64,000 nucleotides of DNA from assembly GCA_024644015.1 (NCBI GenBank), contig JAHELV010000003.1, positions 44,166 through 108,165 of the forward strand. Reading direction: 5' to 3'. The DNA is from Nitriliruptorales bacterium. Lineage in GTDB: Bacteria; Actinomycetota; Nitriliruptoria; Euzebyales; JAHELV01. The notes under the pieces are model-generated. The model searched no databases and was not told the origin of the DNA. It saw nothing but the letters and a program-made list of their open reading frames with translations. How positions within the stretch are numbered: the first letter of the stretch is position 1; the number at the start of each line of letters is the position of its first letter. The position numbers and the translations under genes were made by a program. This document shows positions 48,802-56,889 of the stretch, in pieces.

Positions 48802-49403
48802 CGGCCGCCATCGCCGCGCTCATGGTGGTGGCGGTCGTGAGCGGGTACGACCACCGACGGCGCCGGGCGGACGGGGCCGTCCGCTGGTGGCCCTGGTTGA
48901 TCGGTGTCATCGAGGACCGGGCCGTGCAGGGGTGGGATGACCTGCCGACCGTGACGGTCGGCGTCTGCCTGCACGGACCTCCACGTGTGCGCCGCGCGGC
49001 GCGGGCGGCCCTGCGTATCCAGCCCGGCGTCGATGCGCTGTCTCTGATCGGCGCGCTGCGTGATCGGGTGGCCAGCGCCCGTGGCGACCGGCTGTTCGGG
49101 ACGGTCGCTGCGGTCGCGGTGCGCGCGGCGTCACCTGATCGTCCGTTGGCACGCCTGCGTGCGCGCGAGCTCACGATCACGGCCGACGAGCGGGCCTGTG
49201 GGATGACGGCAGCGGCCGGCGTGCCGCCACGGTGGCTGCTGCTGGCGCCGCTCGCCCCGGTCGTCGGCGGGCAACTGTCCGGCCTCACCGCCTGGCTCGC
49301 TGCGGGTGCGGCGGTCAGCTCGTGGTGGTTCGCCGCGCGTTGGCTGCGCCCGCGGACGTGCGTGCGGGTGTTCGCCACGGAGCCGATCGGGCGCCCCAGG
49401 TGA
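48798..49403 (+). CDS. Possible TadB/T2SS-F-like small membrane protein
   Basis: GTGA overlap with the upstream gene. N-terminal TM AAIAALMVVAVVSG, a cytoplasmic helical region, then the C-terminal hydrophobic pair PPRWLLLAPLAPVVGGQLSGLTAWLAAGAAVSSWWF. Family call is tentative. Confidence 0.35.
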   Translation: MTAAIAALMVVAVVSGYDHRRRRADGAVRWWPWLIGVIEDRAVQGWDDLPTVTVGVCLHGPPRVRRAARAALRIQPGVDALSLIGALRDRVASARGDRLFGTVAAVAVRAASPDRPLARLRARELTITADERACGMTAAAGVPPRWLLLAPLAPVVGGQLSGLTAWLAAGAAVSSWWFAARWLRPRTCVRVFATEPIGRPR

Positions 49404-49942
49404 GCAGCGACCGGGGCGACGATCTCGCGGCGCGACTGCGACCGCACCTTCGCCAGCGCTTCGACGTGCCGGACGCTGTCTGGTGGTCCCCGCCCCACCG
49501 GTCGGGCGGTGCGCGGCACCCGATCGGCGACGCGGCGTCCCGCGCCGACCAGCTGGTACAGGTCGTCGAACGCCTTGCGCTCCTGGTCGAGCTCGGCGAC
49601 GGACTGGTTGCTGCGGTGACCGAGGTCTGCGAGAGGGGTCGCGGCCGGGTGGTGGCCGAGTTGGACGAAGTGTGCGAGGCGCTGGCGTCGGGGCAGGCGA
49701 CCGCGGACGCGTTCCAGGCGTGGGCACGCCGCGCAAGATGCGAGCACGTCGGCGTCCTGGCGGCCGACATCCGCCTGTGCGCGTCATCGGACGCACTGGC
49801 TGCGGCGCTGTGGCGCAACGCGGGGGTTCTTCGACGGGCTGCTCGCGACCGACGCATGCGCGAGCTGCGCCGGCGGATGCACCTGCTGTGGCTGCTGGCT
49901 GCAGCGGTCTGCGCCGGCTCCGTCGTGCTCGTGCTGCAGTGA
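49400..49942 (+). CDS. Possible TadC/T2SS-F-like small membrane protein
   Basis: GTGA overlap with the upstream gene. AFQAWARRARCEHVGVLAADIRLCASSDALAAALWRNAGVLRRAARDRRMRELRRRMHLLWLLAAAVCAGSVVLVL resembles the C-terminal half of actinobacterial TadB/C-like proteins. Tentative. Confidence 0.4.
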   Translation: MSSDRGDDLAARLRPHLRQRFDVPDAVWWSPPHRSGGARHPIGDAASRADQLVQVVERLALLVELGDGLVAAVTEVCERGRGRVVAELDEVCEALASGQATADAFQAWARRARCEHVGVLAADIRLCASSDALAAALWRNAGVLRRAARDRRMRELRRRMHLLWLLAAAVCAGSVVLVLQ

Positions 49943-50095
49943 GTTCGGGAGACGCGGTGGTCGGCCACCGGCAGGTACCCCCGAAGGCCGCGGAGGCGTA
50001 CGATCGAGGGCACACGCCTCGTGCGGCGATCCCGGACGCGGCGGCAATCGACGTCGGACGTGACCCGCCCGGCGGCAGGAACGAGGAGCTCCACC

Positions 50096-51169
50096 ATGGA
50101 CGGACCGTTTGCACGCCTCGACGGTCACGAACAGGTCGTGTTCGGACATGACCCCGACATCGGCCTGCGCGCGATCATCGCGATCCACTCCACCACATTG
50201 GGTCCCGCGCTCGGCGGCACGCGCTTCTACCCGTACGCCGACGAGTCCGCCGCGCTGACCGATGTTCTGAGACTGGCCAAGGCGATGGCCTACAAGGCGG
50301 CAGCAGCAGGGCTGGATCTCGGCGGGGGCAAGGCGGTGATCATCGGCGACCCGGCGCGCGACAAGTCCGAGGCGCTGCTCCGAGCCTACGGCCGACTGGT
50401 CGAATCGCTGGGCGGGCGCTACGTCACTGCCTGCGACGTGGGCACCTACCCGGCCGACATGGCGATCGTGGCGCGGGAAACGCGATGGGCGACCGGCGCT
50501 GACCCGGTCGAAGGTGGATCGGGCGACTCCGGTGTGCTGACCGCCCACGGGGTGTTCGTCGGCTTGGAGGCGACTGTGGCGGAGGTGTGGGGCTCACCGT
50601 CGCTGCGAGGCCGGCATGTCGCGATCCAGGGCGTCGGCAAAGTGGGTCGACGGCTCGCTGCCTCGATCCACGAAGCCGGTGGCAAGGTGACCGTCGCGGA
50701 CGTCGACGACGAGGCGGCCGCCTGGTGCGCGGAGCGATTCGGTGCCGAGATCGTCAACGTCGACAAGATCCACGCCGTCGACGCCGACGTCTTCAGCCCC
50801 AACGCACTCGGTGCGGTACTCAACGACGACACGGTCCCCGAGCTGCAGTGCCAGGTGGTCGCGGGAGCCGCCAACAATCAGCTGGCGGAGCCACGGCACG
50901 CGAACGTGCTCGCCGATCTCGGCGTGCTGTATGCGCCTGACTTCGTGATCAACGCCGGCGGGCTCGTTCAGGTCGCAGACGAGCTGCACAGCGGCGGCTA
51001 CTCCCGCGAACGCGCGACGGCTCGTGTGGCACAGATCGGCGACCGCCTGCGGCAGATCTTCGCCATCGCCCGCGAGCAGGCAATCACGACCGCCGCGGCG
51101 GCCGACCACTTCGCCGAGCAGCGGATGGCTGACGTCGGGAGCCTTCGCCGCTTCTGGCTCCCAGGCTGA
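50096..51169 (+). CDS. Leucine/valine dehydrogenase (Glu/Leu/Phe/Val dehydrogenase family)
   Basis: Start is the ATG at 50096, preceded by GAGGAG. IAIHSTTLGPALGGTRFYPY, LAKAMAYKAAAAGLDLGGGKAVIIGDP, and the Rossmann motif IQGVGKVG. Confidence 0.9.
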   Translation: MDGPFARLDGHEQVVFGHDPDIGLRAIIAIHSTTLGPALGGTRFYPYADESAALTDVLRLAKAMAYKAAAAGLDLGGGKAVIIGDPARDKSEALLRAYGRLVESLGGRYVTACDVGTYPADMAIVARETRWATGADPVEGGSGDSGVLTAHGVFVGLEATVAEVWGSPSLRGRHVAIQGVGKVGRRLAASIHEAGGKVTVADVDDEAAAWCAERFGAEIVNVDKIHAVDADVFSPNALGAVLNDDTVPELQCQVVAGAANNQLAEPRHANVLADLGVLYAPDFVINAGGLVQVADELHSGGYSRERATARVAQIGDRLRQIFAIAREQAITTAAAADHFAEQRMADVGSLRRFWLPG

Positions 51170-51195
51170 GCCCACCCACCCGCACAGTCCGCGTG

Positions 51196-51446
51196 TCATG
51201 TCGGCAACGCCGGTTCGAATTGGTGGGCTTCGGTCCAGCCGGGTGGCGCGGTGCAGCCGATGCAGCCGCGGTCGCGGGCGATGAGGGCGCGGCGTTGTGC
51301 GCGGGTGACGGTGCGGGTGGCGCGTCCGACGTCGAGGATTTCGCTGGGGCCGCGGGTGATGATGCGGTGGATGTCGGCGTCGCACGCGATCTGGCGTGCG
51401 GTGTCGCCCGATATCGGTCCGGTGTGGCGTCGAGCGTGTCGAACAT
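51196..51446 (-). pseudogene. Internally deleted HNH endonuclease (DUF222 / REP13E12-like) relic
   Basis: My own translation of a frame not listed in the ORF track gives ...ARQIACDADIHRIITRGPSEILDVGRATRTVTRAQRRALIARDRGCIGCTAPPGWTEAHQFEPALPT, then a stop (51196-51198). This matches the C-terminal DUF222-HNH pattern (ACDA..I..VL.G.SE.LDLGR..R..T.AQR.AL..RD.GC..PGC..P..W.EAHH) but breaks off exactly at the HNH histidines. A different frame retains an ATG (51446, MFDTLDA). Confidence 0.65.
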
Positions 51447-51499
51447 GTGTTCATGATAGGAGATGCTATTGATCGCGTGTCAAGCCGTTCCAACACATC

Positions 51500-51508
51500 T
51501 GTGGACAA
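51500..51508. other. Isolated perfect DnaA-box sequence (rc TTGTCCACA)
   Basis: TGTGGACAA at 51500-51508, between the HNH relic and the purM 3' end, about 42 kb from oriC. A single copy, so the significance is unclear. Confidence 0.3.
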
Positions 51509-51634
51509 CTCGTGACATCGGCTGAAACGCCTGGTCACCAGTTCCAATGCGTACGCGTACGCAAATGCCGGAGCGTGCTCGGGGGCGGCCCGACCAGGCG
51601 CAGCCGCCGGTCCCGCGCGTGTACCGGCGTGCGG

Positions 51635-52669
51635 TCAGGCGCCGTCGAACCCGACGAGCTCCACACCCGTGGTCGTGCCGATGATCCGTCCGCACACCCA
51701 CGCGTCCACGCCGCGGTCGCCCAGCATGTCGACGGCGGCCGCGCCGTCACCGACGACGGCGATCATCCCGGCTCCCATGTTGAAAGTCCGCCACATCTCC
51801 GCGGGCTCGACGGGGCCGCGCTCGGCGATCATCCGCATGATCGGCGGAATGGAGAACGTCGCGGTGTCAACCACCGCGCCGAGCCCGTCGGGGAGCACCC
51901 GAGGCAGGTTGCCCGGGACGCCCCCGCCGGTCACATGGCACAAGGCGTGCACATCGAGCTGGTTGCTCAGCGCCAGGCAGTCGCGAACGTAGATCCGGGT
52001 CGGTCGCAGCAGCGCGTCACCCAACGGCTCGGCCAGCCCGTGATCGGCGGCGAGGTCGAGATCCCCAACGACGTGGCGCGCCAGCGAGTAGCCGTTGCTG
52101 TGCAACCCGGTCGACGCCATCGCCACCAGGTCGTCGCCGTCGCGCACACGGTGCGGTCCGAGCAGGTCGTCGCGTTCGACGATGCCGACCCCGAAGCCGG
52201 CGATGTCGACGTGGGTGGGGGCCAGCACGCCTGGGTGCTCTGCTGTCTCGCCGCCGACGAGCGCGCAGCCCGCGATGACGCAGGCATCCGCGATGCCGGC
52301 GACGATGCGTTCGACCGCGGCGACGTCCAGCGCCCCCACGGCGATGTAGTCATTGAACACGAGCGGTTCTGCGCCGCAGACCACGAGATCGTCGACAACC
52401 ATCGCCACCAGGTCCTGGCCTACGGTGTCGTACTGCCCGAGCTGTCGCGCGACCTCCAGCTTGGTCCCGACGCCATCGCAGCTGGTAACCAGCAGCGGCT
52501 GCCGCCAGCGGTCCGTCTGCAGCGCGAACAGACCGCTGAACCCGCCGAACGCCCCGGTCACCTCGGGCCGCGTCGTGCGCGCCACGTGCGGGCGTATCGC
52601 CTCGACCGCGGCGTCGGCGGCGTCGAGTGAGACGCCGGCGGCGGCATAGGTCAGCGGGTCATGCCCCAT
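51635..52669 (-). CDS. purM: Phosphoribosylformylglycinamidine cyclo-ligase (AIR synthetase)
   Basis: Start is the ATG at 52669 (MGHDPLTYAAAGVSLDAADAAV). GGFSGLF, SCDGVGTKL. Overlaps the purF stop by 11 nt. Confidence 0.95.
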   Translation of the reverse strand: MGHDPLTYAAAGVSLDAADAAVEAIRPHVARTTRPEVTGAFGGFSGLFALQTDRWRQPLLVTSCDGVGTKLEVARQLGQYDTVGQDLVAMVVDDLVVCGAEPLVFNDYIAVGALDVAAVERIVAGIADACVIAGCALVGGETAEHPGVLAPTHVDIAGFGVGIVERDDLLGPHRVRDGDDLVAMASTGLHSNGYSLARHVVGDLDLAADHGLAEPLGDALLRPTRIYVRDCLALSNQLDVHALCHVTGGGVPGNLPRVLPDGLGAVVDTATFSIPPIMRMIAERGPVEPAEMWRTFNMGAGMIAVVGDGAAAVDMLGDRGVDAWVCGRIIGTTTGVELVGFDGA

Positions 52670-54104
52670 GGGTGGCGAGTTCGAGCACCGGTAGCGTCGC
52701 GTCCTTCCCCGTCGGGATTGGGATCGGGTACTCACCGTCGAAGCACGCGCGGCACAATGACGACGCGGGTCTGCGGCTCGCGCTGATCAGCGCGTCAAGT
52801 GACAGGTAGGCCAGCGAATCGGCTTCGAGGTACCGGCGGATCTCTTCGGTCGACCGCCCCGCCGCCACCAACTCGTCGCTGCGGGCCATGTCGATGCCGT
52901 AGAAGCAGGGGTTTCGCACCGGTGGCGACGGGATGCGCAGGTGTACCTGTGTGGCGCCGGCCTCGCGCAGCATCCGCACCAACTGCCGGGACGTGTTGCC
53001 GCGGACGATCGAGTCGTCGACCACGACCAGGCGCTGGCCCTCGAGGACGTCGCGCAACGGGTTGAGCTTCAGACGGATCCCGAGCTGCCGCAGCGACTGT
53101 GACGGCTGGATGAAGGTACGTCCGACGTACCGGTTCTTCACCAGACCCTCGGCATAGGGGATGCCACTGTCCTGACTGAAGCCGGCGGCGGCCGCCAGAC
53201 CCGAGTCGGGCACCGGGATCACCAGATCGGCGTCCGCCGGCGCCTCACGCGCGAGCAGCTGTCCCATGCGGCGGCGAGCCGCGTAGACGCTCGTCTCGGG
53301 CGTGCGGTGGTCGGGTCGTGCGAGGTAGACGTACTCGAACACGCAGAACGACGGCGTGGCGGGCGCGAAGCGGCGGGAGCGCATGCCGTGCGCGTCGATG
53401 GCGACCATCTCGCCCGGCTCGACCTCCCGCAGCAGCGTGGCGCCGACGATGTCGAGCGCGGCCGTCTCGGATGCCAGCACGTAGCCGCCACCGTCGAGCA
53501 CACCGAGCACGAGTGGGCGGACCCCATGTGGATCACGGACGCCGTAGACCGTCGTCTCGTCCATGATCGCCAGGCAGTAGGCGCCCGAGATCCGTTTGCA
53601 CGCATCGACGATGATGTCGTCGAGCGCGCCCGTGCAGCCGTCCGCGCGCTCGGCCAGCAGTGTCGTCAGCAGCTCGGAGTCGCTGGTGCAGCCGGCACCG
53701 AGCGCACCGAGCTCGGCGGCCAGCGGACCGGTGTCGACCAGGTTGCCGTTGTGCCCGAGCGCGATGCCCCGACCGGACGGGCTGACCTTGAACGCGGGCT
53801 GCGCGTTGGACCAGGTCGACGCGCCCGTGGTCGAGTAGCGCACATGGCCGACCGCCAGATGCCCGTTGAGACCCGCCAGCCGGCGGTTGTCGAACACCTG
53901 GTTGACCAGCCCCATCTCCTTGGTGATGAGGATGTTGTCGCCGTCGGACACAGCGATGCCGGCGGACTCCTGACCACGATGCTGGAGCGCGTAGAGCCCG
54001 TAGTAGCAGTACCGGGCGACGTCCTCGCCGGGGGCGTAGATGGCGAACACGCCGCATTCGTCTCGGGCACCGGTGCGATCCAGTGCGCCTGGAGGCTGTG
54101 ACAT
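52659..54104 (-). CDS. purF: Amidophosphoribosyltransferase
   Basis: Start is the ATG at 54104. Short propeptide, then CGVFAIY (Ntn Cys), YGLYALQHRGQESAGI, and the PRPP loop VVVDDSIVRGNTS. The upstream 80 codons of the track ORF are an artefact. Confidence 0.95.
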   Translation of the reverse strand: MSQPPGALDRTGARDECGVFAIYAPGEDVARYCYYGLYALQHRGQESAGIAVSDGDNILITKEMGLVNQVFDNRRLAGLNGHLAVGHVRYSTTGASTWSNAQPAFKVSPSGRGIALGHNGNLVDTGPLAAELGALGAGCTSDSELLTTLLAERADGCTGALDDIIVDACKRISGAYCLAIMDETTVYGVRDPHGVRPLVLGVLDGGGYVLASETAALDIVGATLLREVEPGEMVAIDAHGMRSRRFAPATPSFCVFEYVYLARPDHRTPETSVYAARRRMGQLLAREAPADADLVIPVPDSGLAAAAGFSQDSGIPYAEGLVKNRYVGRTFIQPSQSLRQLGIRLKLNPLRDVLEGQRLVVVDDSIVRGNTSRQLVRMLREAGATQVHLRIPSPPVRNPCFYGIDMARSDELVAAGRSTEEIRRYLEADSLAYLSLDALISASRRPASSLCRACFDGEYPIPIPTGKDATLPVLELATHGA

Positions 54105-54241
54105 CAGGTTCACACCAGCTCGGCTCGACGGTGCCTGCCCGACCAGTATGCCCACGCGCCCCTCGTTCGTCGCGGAACGTGCACCGCCCGTGAGTATTCT
54201 CGTTGGTGACCGGAACACGGCGTGAGGACGGCGGTTGAACC

Positions 54242-54751
54242 ATGGACATGTTGGAGCGGCGAATCCGGGATGCGGTCGCCACGCTGCTGTCCAGAGGCGC
54301 CAAGGCGTTGGAGCGTACGGCGAGCGACCTGGAGCAGGCGGCAAGCGAATTGCGCAGCGCCCAGCGGCGTTCGAGCGAGGCCGAGCGGGTCTGGGCCGAG
54401 CCGCGACAGGAGCCCGACACCATGATTCGCAGCGCGCCGCTGCGAGCGGTTCCCGACAGCCCGTCCGACGAGCGCGGGCCGACCGCCGAACGACCGGTGC
54501 CCCCGGTCAGGCCCGTCCAGCCGCGGGTCGACGCCGCGGTCGGCGGTGGTCCGCAGGCGCCTGATCTCGGCGCCGACGTCGAACCGGATGGCCTCCGGGA
54601 GCTGGCCACCGGCACCGTCAGCGAGATCCGCTCGCAGCTGGCCGATCTGTCCCCGTCGCAACTGCGCAGCCTGCGGCAGATCGAGACCGAGAACCGCAAC
54701 CGGGTGACCCTGCTCACCGCGATCGATCGCGCGCTCGACGCCGACCAGTAG
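54242..54751 (+). CDS. Hypothetical protein (coiled-coil N-terminus, Pro-rich linker, conserved-looking C-terminal helix pair)
   Basis: 169 aa: MDMLERRIRDAVATLLSRGAKALERTASDLEQAASELRSAQRR...LATGTVSEIRSQLADLSPSQLRSLRQIETENRNRVTLLTAIDRAL. Divergent from purF. Confidence 0.5.
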   Translation: MDMLERRIRDAVATLLSRGAKALERTASDLEQAASELRSAQRRSSEAERVWAEPRQEPDTMIRSAPLRAVPDSPSDERGPTAERPVPPVRPVQPRVDAAVGGGPQAPDLGADVEPDGLRELATGTVSEIRSQLADLSPSQLRSLRQIETENRNRVTLLTAIDRALDADQ

Positions 54752-54779
54752 CGCGGCGGGCCCGGCCCCGCCCGGAGCC

Positions 54780-55469
54780 TCACTCGTCGTCGCGGTCCAG
54801 CCCTCTGTGGATCGCATAACGCATGAGTTCGTAGCGCCCGCGCAGCTGAAGCTTCGCCAGGATGCTCTGGACGTGGTTCTGGACCGTACGCACGCTGATC
54901 ACGAGCCGGTCAGCGATCTCGCGGTAGGTGTAGCCTCGCGCGACGTGTCTGAGCACCTCGGTCTCGCGTTCGGTCAGGTCCTGCTCGCGGTCACCGCCCG
55001 AGGCAACCCGCCGGAACTCACCGAGCACCAGCGCCGCCAGTGATGGCGAGAACACCGGCTCGCCGGCCGCCACCTGCTGGACAGCGTCGACGAGTTCGTC
55101 GCCGGTGGCGCTCTTGAGCAGATAGCCGCTCGCCCCGGCTTTGACGGCTGCAAGCACGTCGGCCTCAGCCGCGGACGCGGACAGCACCAGCATGCGGGTG
55201 CCCGGTACCCGTTCGGCGATCCGCTGGATGGCGACCGTTCCCGGCAGGCCCGGCATGTTGAGGTCGATGAGCACCACATCGGGTCGCGCGCCCTCGACGA
55301 CCGTGATGGCCTCGTCGGCGCTCGCGGCCTCGCCGACCACGCGGCTGCGGCCGTCGGCTTCGAGATCGGCGCGCACTCCGTCGCGCCACATCGGGTGGTC
55401 GTCGACGACGACGACCTTCGTCGGTGGCCCGGTGCGCCTGGCGGCGCCCACGCGTTCGTCGTTGCTCAC
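54780..55469 (-). CDS. NarL/LuxR-family response regulator
   Basis: GTG 55469 overlaps the kinase stop (GTGA). REC motifs: VVVVDDHPMWRDG...VVLIDLNMPG...GYLLK. HTH: LTERETEVLRHVARGYTYREIADRLVISVRTVQNHV. Confidence 0.92.
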   Translation of the reverse strand: MSNDERVGAARRTGPPTKVVVVDDHPMWRDGVRADLEADGRSRVVGEAASADEAITVVEGARPDVVLIDLNMPGLPGTVAIQRIAERVPGTRMLVLSASAAEADVLAAVKAGASGYLLKSATGDELVDAVQQVAAGEPVFSPSLAALVLGEFRRVASGGDREQDLTERETEVLRHVARGYTYREIADRLVISVRTVQNHVQSILAKLQLRGRYELMRYAIHRGLDRDDE

Positions 55470-56752
55470 CCGTCGTCCTCCTGTCCGACCGGTGCCGGTA
55501 CCGGCACCCGCAGCTCGAGCTCCGTGCCGCGGCCCGGGGCGGTGTCGATCCGCAGGCGCCCACCCAGATCCTCGACCCTTCCGCCGATGCTGCGGAGCAG
55601 TCCGTACTTGCCGGCTGCGCGTAGTGCGGCCTCGTCGAAGTCGAACCCCGTTCCGTCGTCGCGGACGTCGACGACGACATCGTCCCCGTCGACCTCCGCA
55701 AAGACCCATGCGCGGCTCGCGTGGGCGTGGCGCACGACGTTCTGCAGCGCCTGGTCGACCGCGGCGCCGATCTCGTGGACGTGCCCGGCAGGCAGGCGGA
55801 TGTCACCGGTGCTGGTCACCGCCGCCGTGACGTGACCGTCCACAGCGGCGACCGCACGCTCCAGGCGCTCGCGCAGCGACGCGTGTCGCCCGTCGTCGCC
55901 GGTGACGTCCGGCGGACGCAGGATCATCGTGCGCAGCGCGCGCTCCTGAGCGGCCGCCAGATCCGCGAGACGGCCGACCTCCGCGCCGTCGACCTGCGCA
56001 CGGCCGGCAAGCTCCCTGCCACGTTTGTGCACCAACGCGAGCGCCTGCAGCACAGAATCGTGGATCTGGCGGCCCAGCGACTCGCGTTCGGTCATCCGGG
56101 CGGCGGCCTCCGTGGCGCGTACCTGCTCGGCCTGCGCGGCGCGTACCTGCGCAGCGGAGTTCTCCAGCAGCGTCGCGACGAACCCCATGCCGCCACCGGC
56201 GAGGGCGAAGTAGACGGGATCGCGTAGCACCTGCAGCGACTGCGCCGGGCCGTCCGTGGAGATCAGCGCGCCCGCGGAGACCGATATCAGACCGAGCACA
56301 CCGCCGGCGACGATGCCCCCGACGATGCCCCTGGTGGCTCCCCACGCCAGCGCCGCGGTCACCGGGTAGACGGTCGCCAGCCACCCGAACCGCGCGCCCA
56401 CGACGACCAGACCGCCGGCGACCAGGAGATCGGCCGTCAGCACGACCGGGGTGAACCGCGGCTGCGCGACGGTCAGCCAGCCGACCCACGCCGCCACCAC
56501 CGCCACGACGGTGACGGCCACGGCCAGATCTCTGCCCTCGACGACCCCGATCACCGCCAGGGCGAACATCCATGCCAGCACCGCCCAGCGCACGGCGAGC
56601 ACGCCGCGGGCAAGGGCCCGCACACCGCCTGTAGCCACGACCTCGGACCCGCCCGCCACCGGGGCCCGGTCGTCGTGGTGCGGGGCTGACGGGCTCACCG
56701 GACTCCCTGCCTGATCTCGTGCAGCGCGGCGGCAGGCGTCTGCGCCACGCAC
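55466..56752 (-). CDS. Sensor histidine kinase, HisKA_3 (NarX/DesK/LiaS-type) with multi-TM intramembrane sensor
   Basis: H-box RESLGRQIHDSVLQALA, N-box ALQNVVRHAHAS, G1 box VRDDGTGFD, and G2 box GLLRSIGGRVEDLGGRL. The N-terminal half consists of about 5-6 hydrophobic helices with very short loops. Start is 56752 or GTG 56698. Confidence 0.88.
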   Translation of the reverse strand: MRGADACRRAARDQAGSPVSPSAPHHDDRAPVAGGSEVVATGGVRALARGVLAVRWAVLAWMFALAVIGVVEGRDLAVAVTVVAVVAAWVGWLTVAQPRFTPVVLTADLLVAGGLVVVGARFGWLATVYPVTAALAWGATRGIVGGIVAGGVLGLISVSAGALISTDGPAQSLQVLRDPVYFALAGGGMGFVATLLENSAAQVRAAQAEQVRATEAAARMTERESLGRQIHDSVLQALALVHKRGRELAGRAQVDGAEVGRLADLAAAQERALRTMILRPPDVTGDDGRHASLRERLERAVAAVDGHVTAAVTSTGDIRLPAGHVHEIGAAVDQALQNVVRHAHASRAWVFAEVDGDDVVVDVRDDGTGFDFDEAALRAAGKYGLLRSIGGRVEDLGGRLRIDTAPGRGTELELRVPVPAPVGQEDDG

Positions 56753-56889
56753 TGCCGATCCTACTCACGACCGGGTTGCCGGATGTGCGTGCCCGAGTCG
56801 CGTCGCCGGTCACGGCACTGCAGGTGCAACCGCGGTGTCGCTGACGGGCCGCGTGCAACACGTTGGAACCACAGCCGAGGAGGACACCG

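Noticed and set aside
51205-51225. GGTTCGAAT, a tRNA T-loop-like sequence
   Set aside because: The flanking bases do not form a T-stem or acceptor stem. The sequence lies in the HNH relic reading frame (EAHQFEP).
21092-56858. Recurring heptamer GTGCAAC in four intergenic regions (about 21093, 27254, 56824, 56852) as a possible shared operator
   Set aside because: It also occurs inside coding regions (for example about 28893 and 45183). A rough expectation for this 7-mer in 64 kb of about 70% GC DNA on both strands is several copies, so there is no enrichment I can defend without a proper count.
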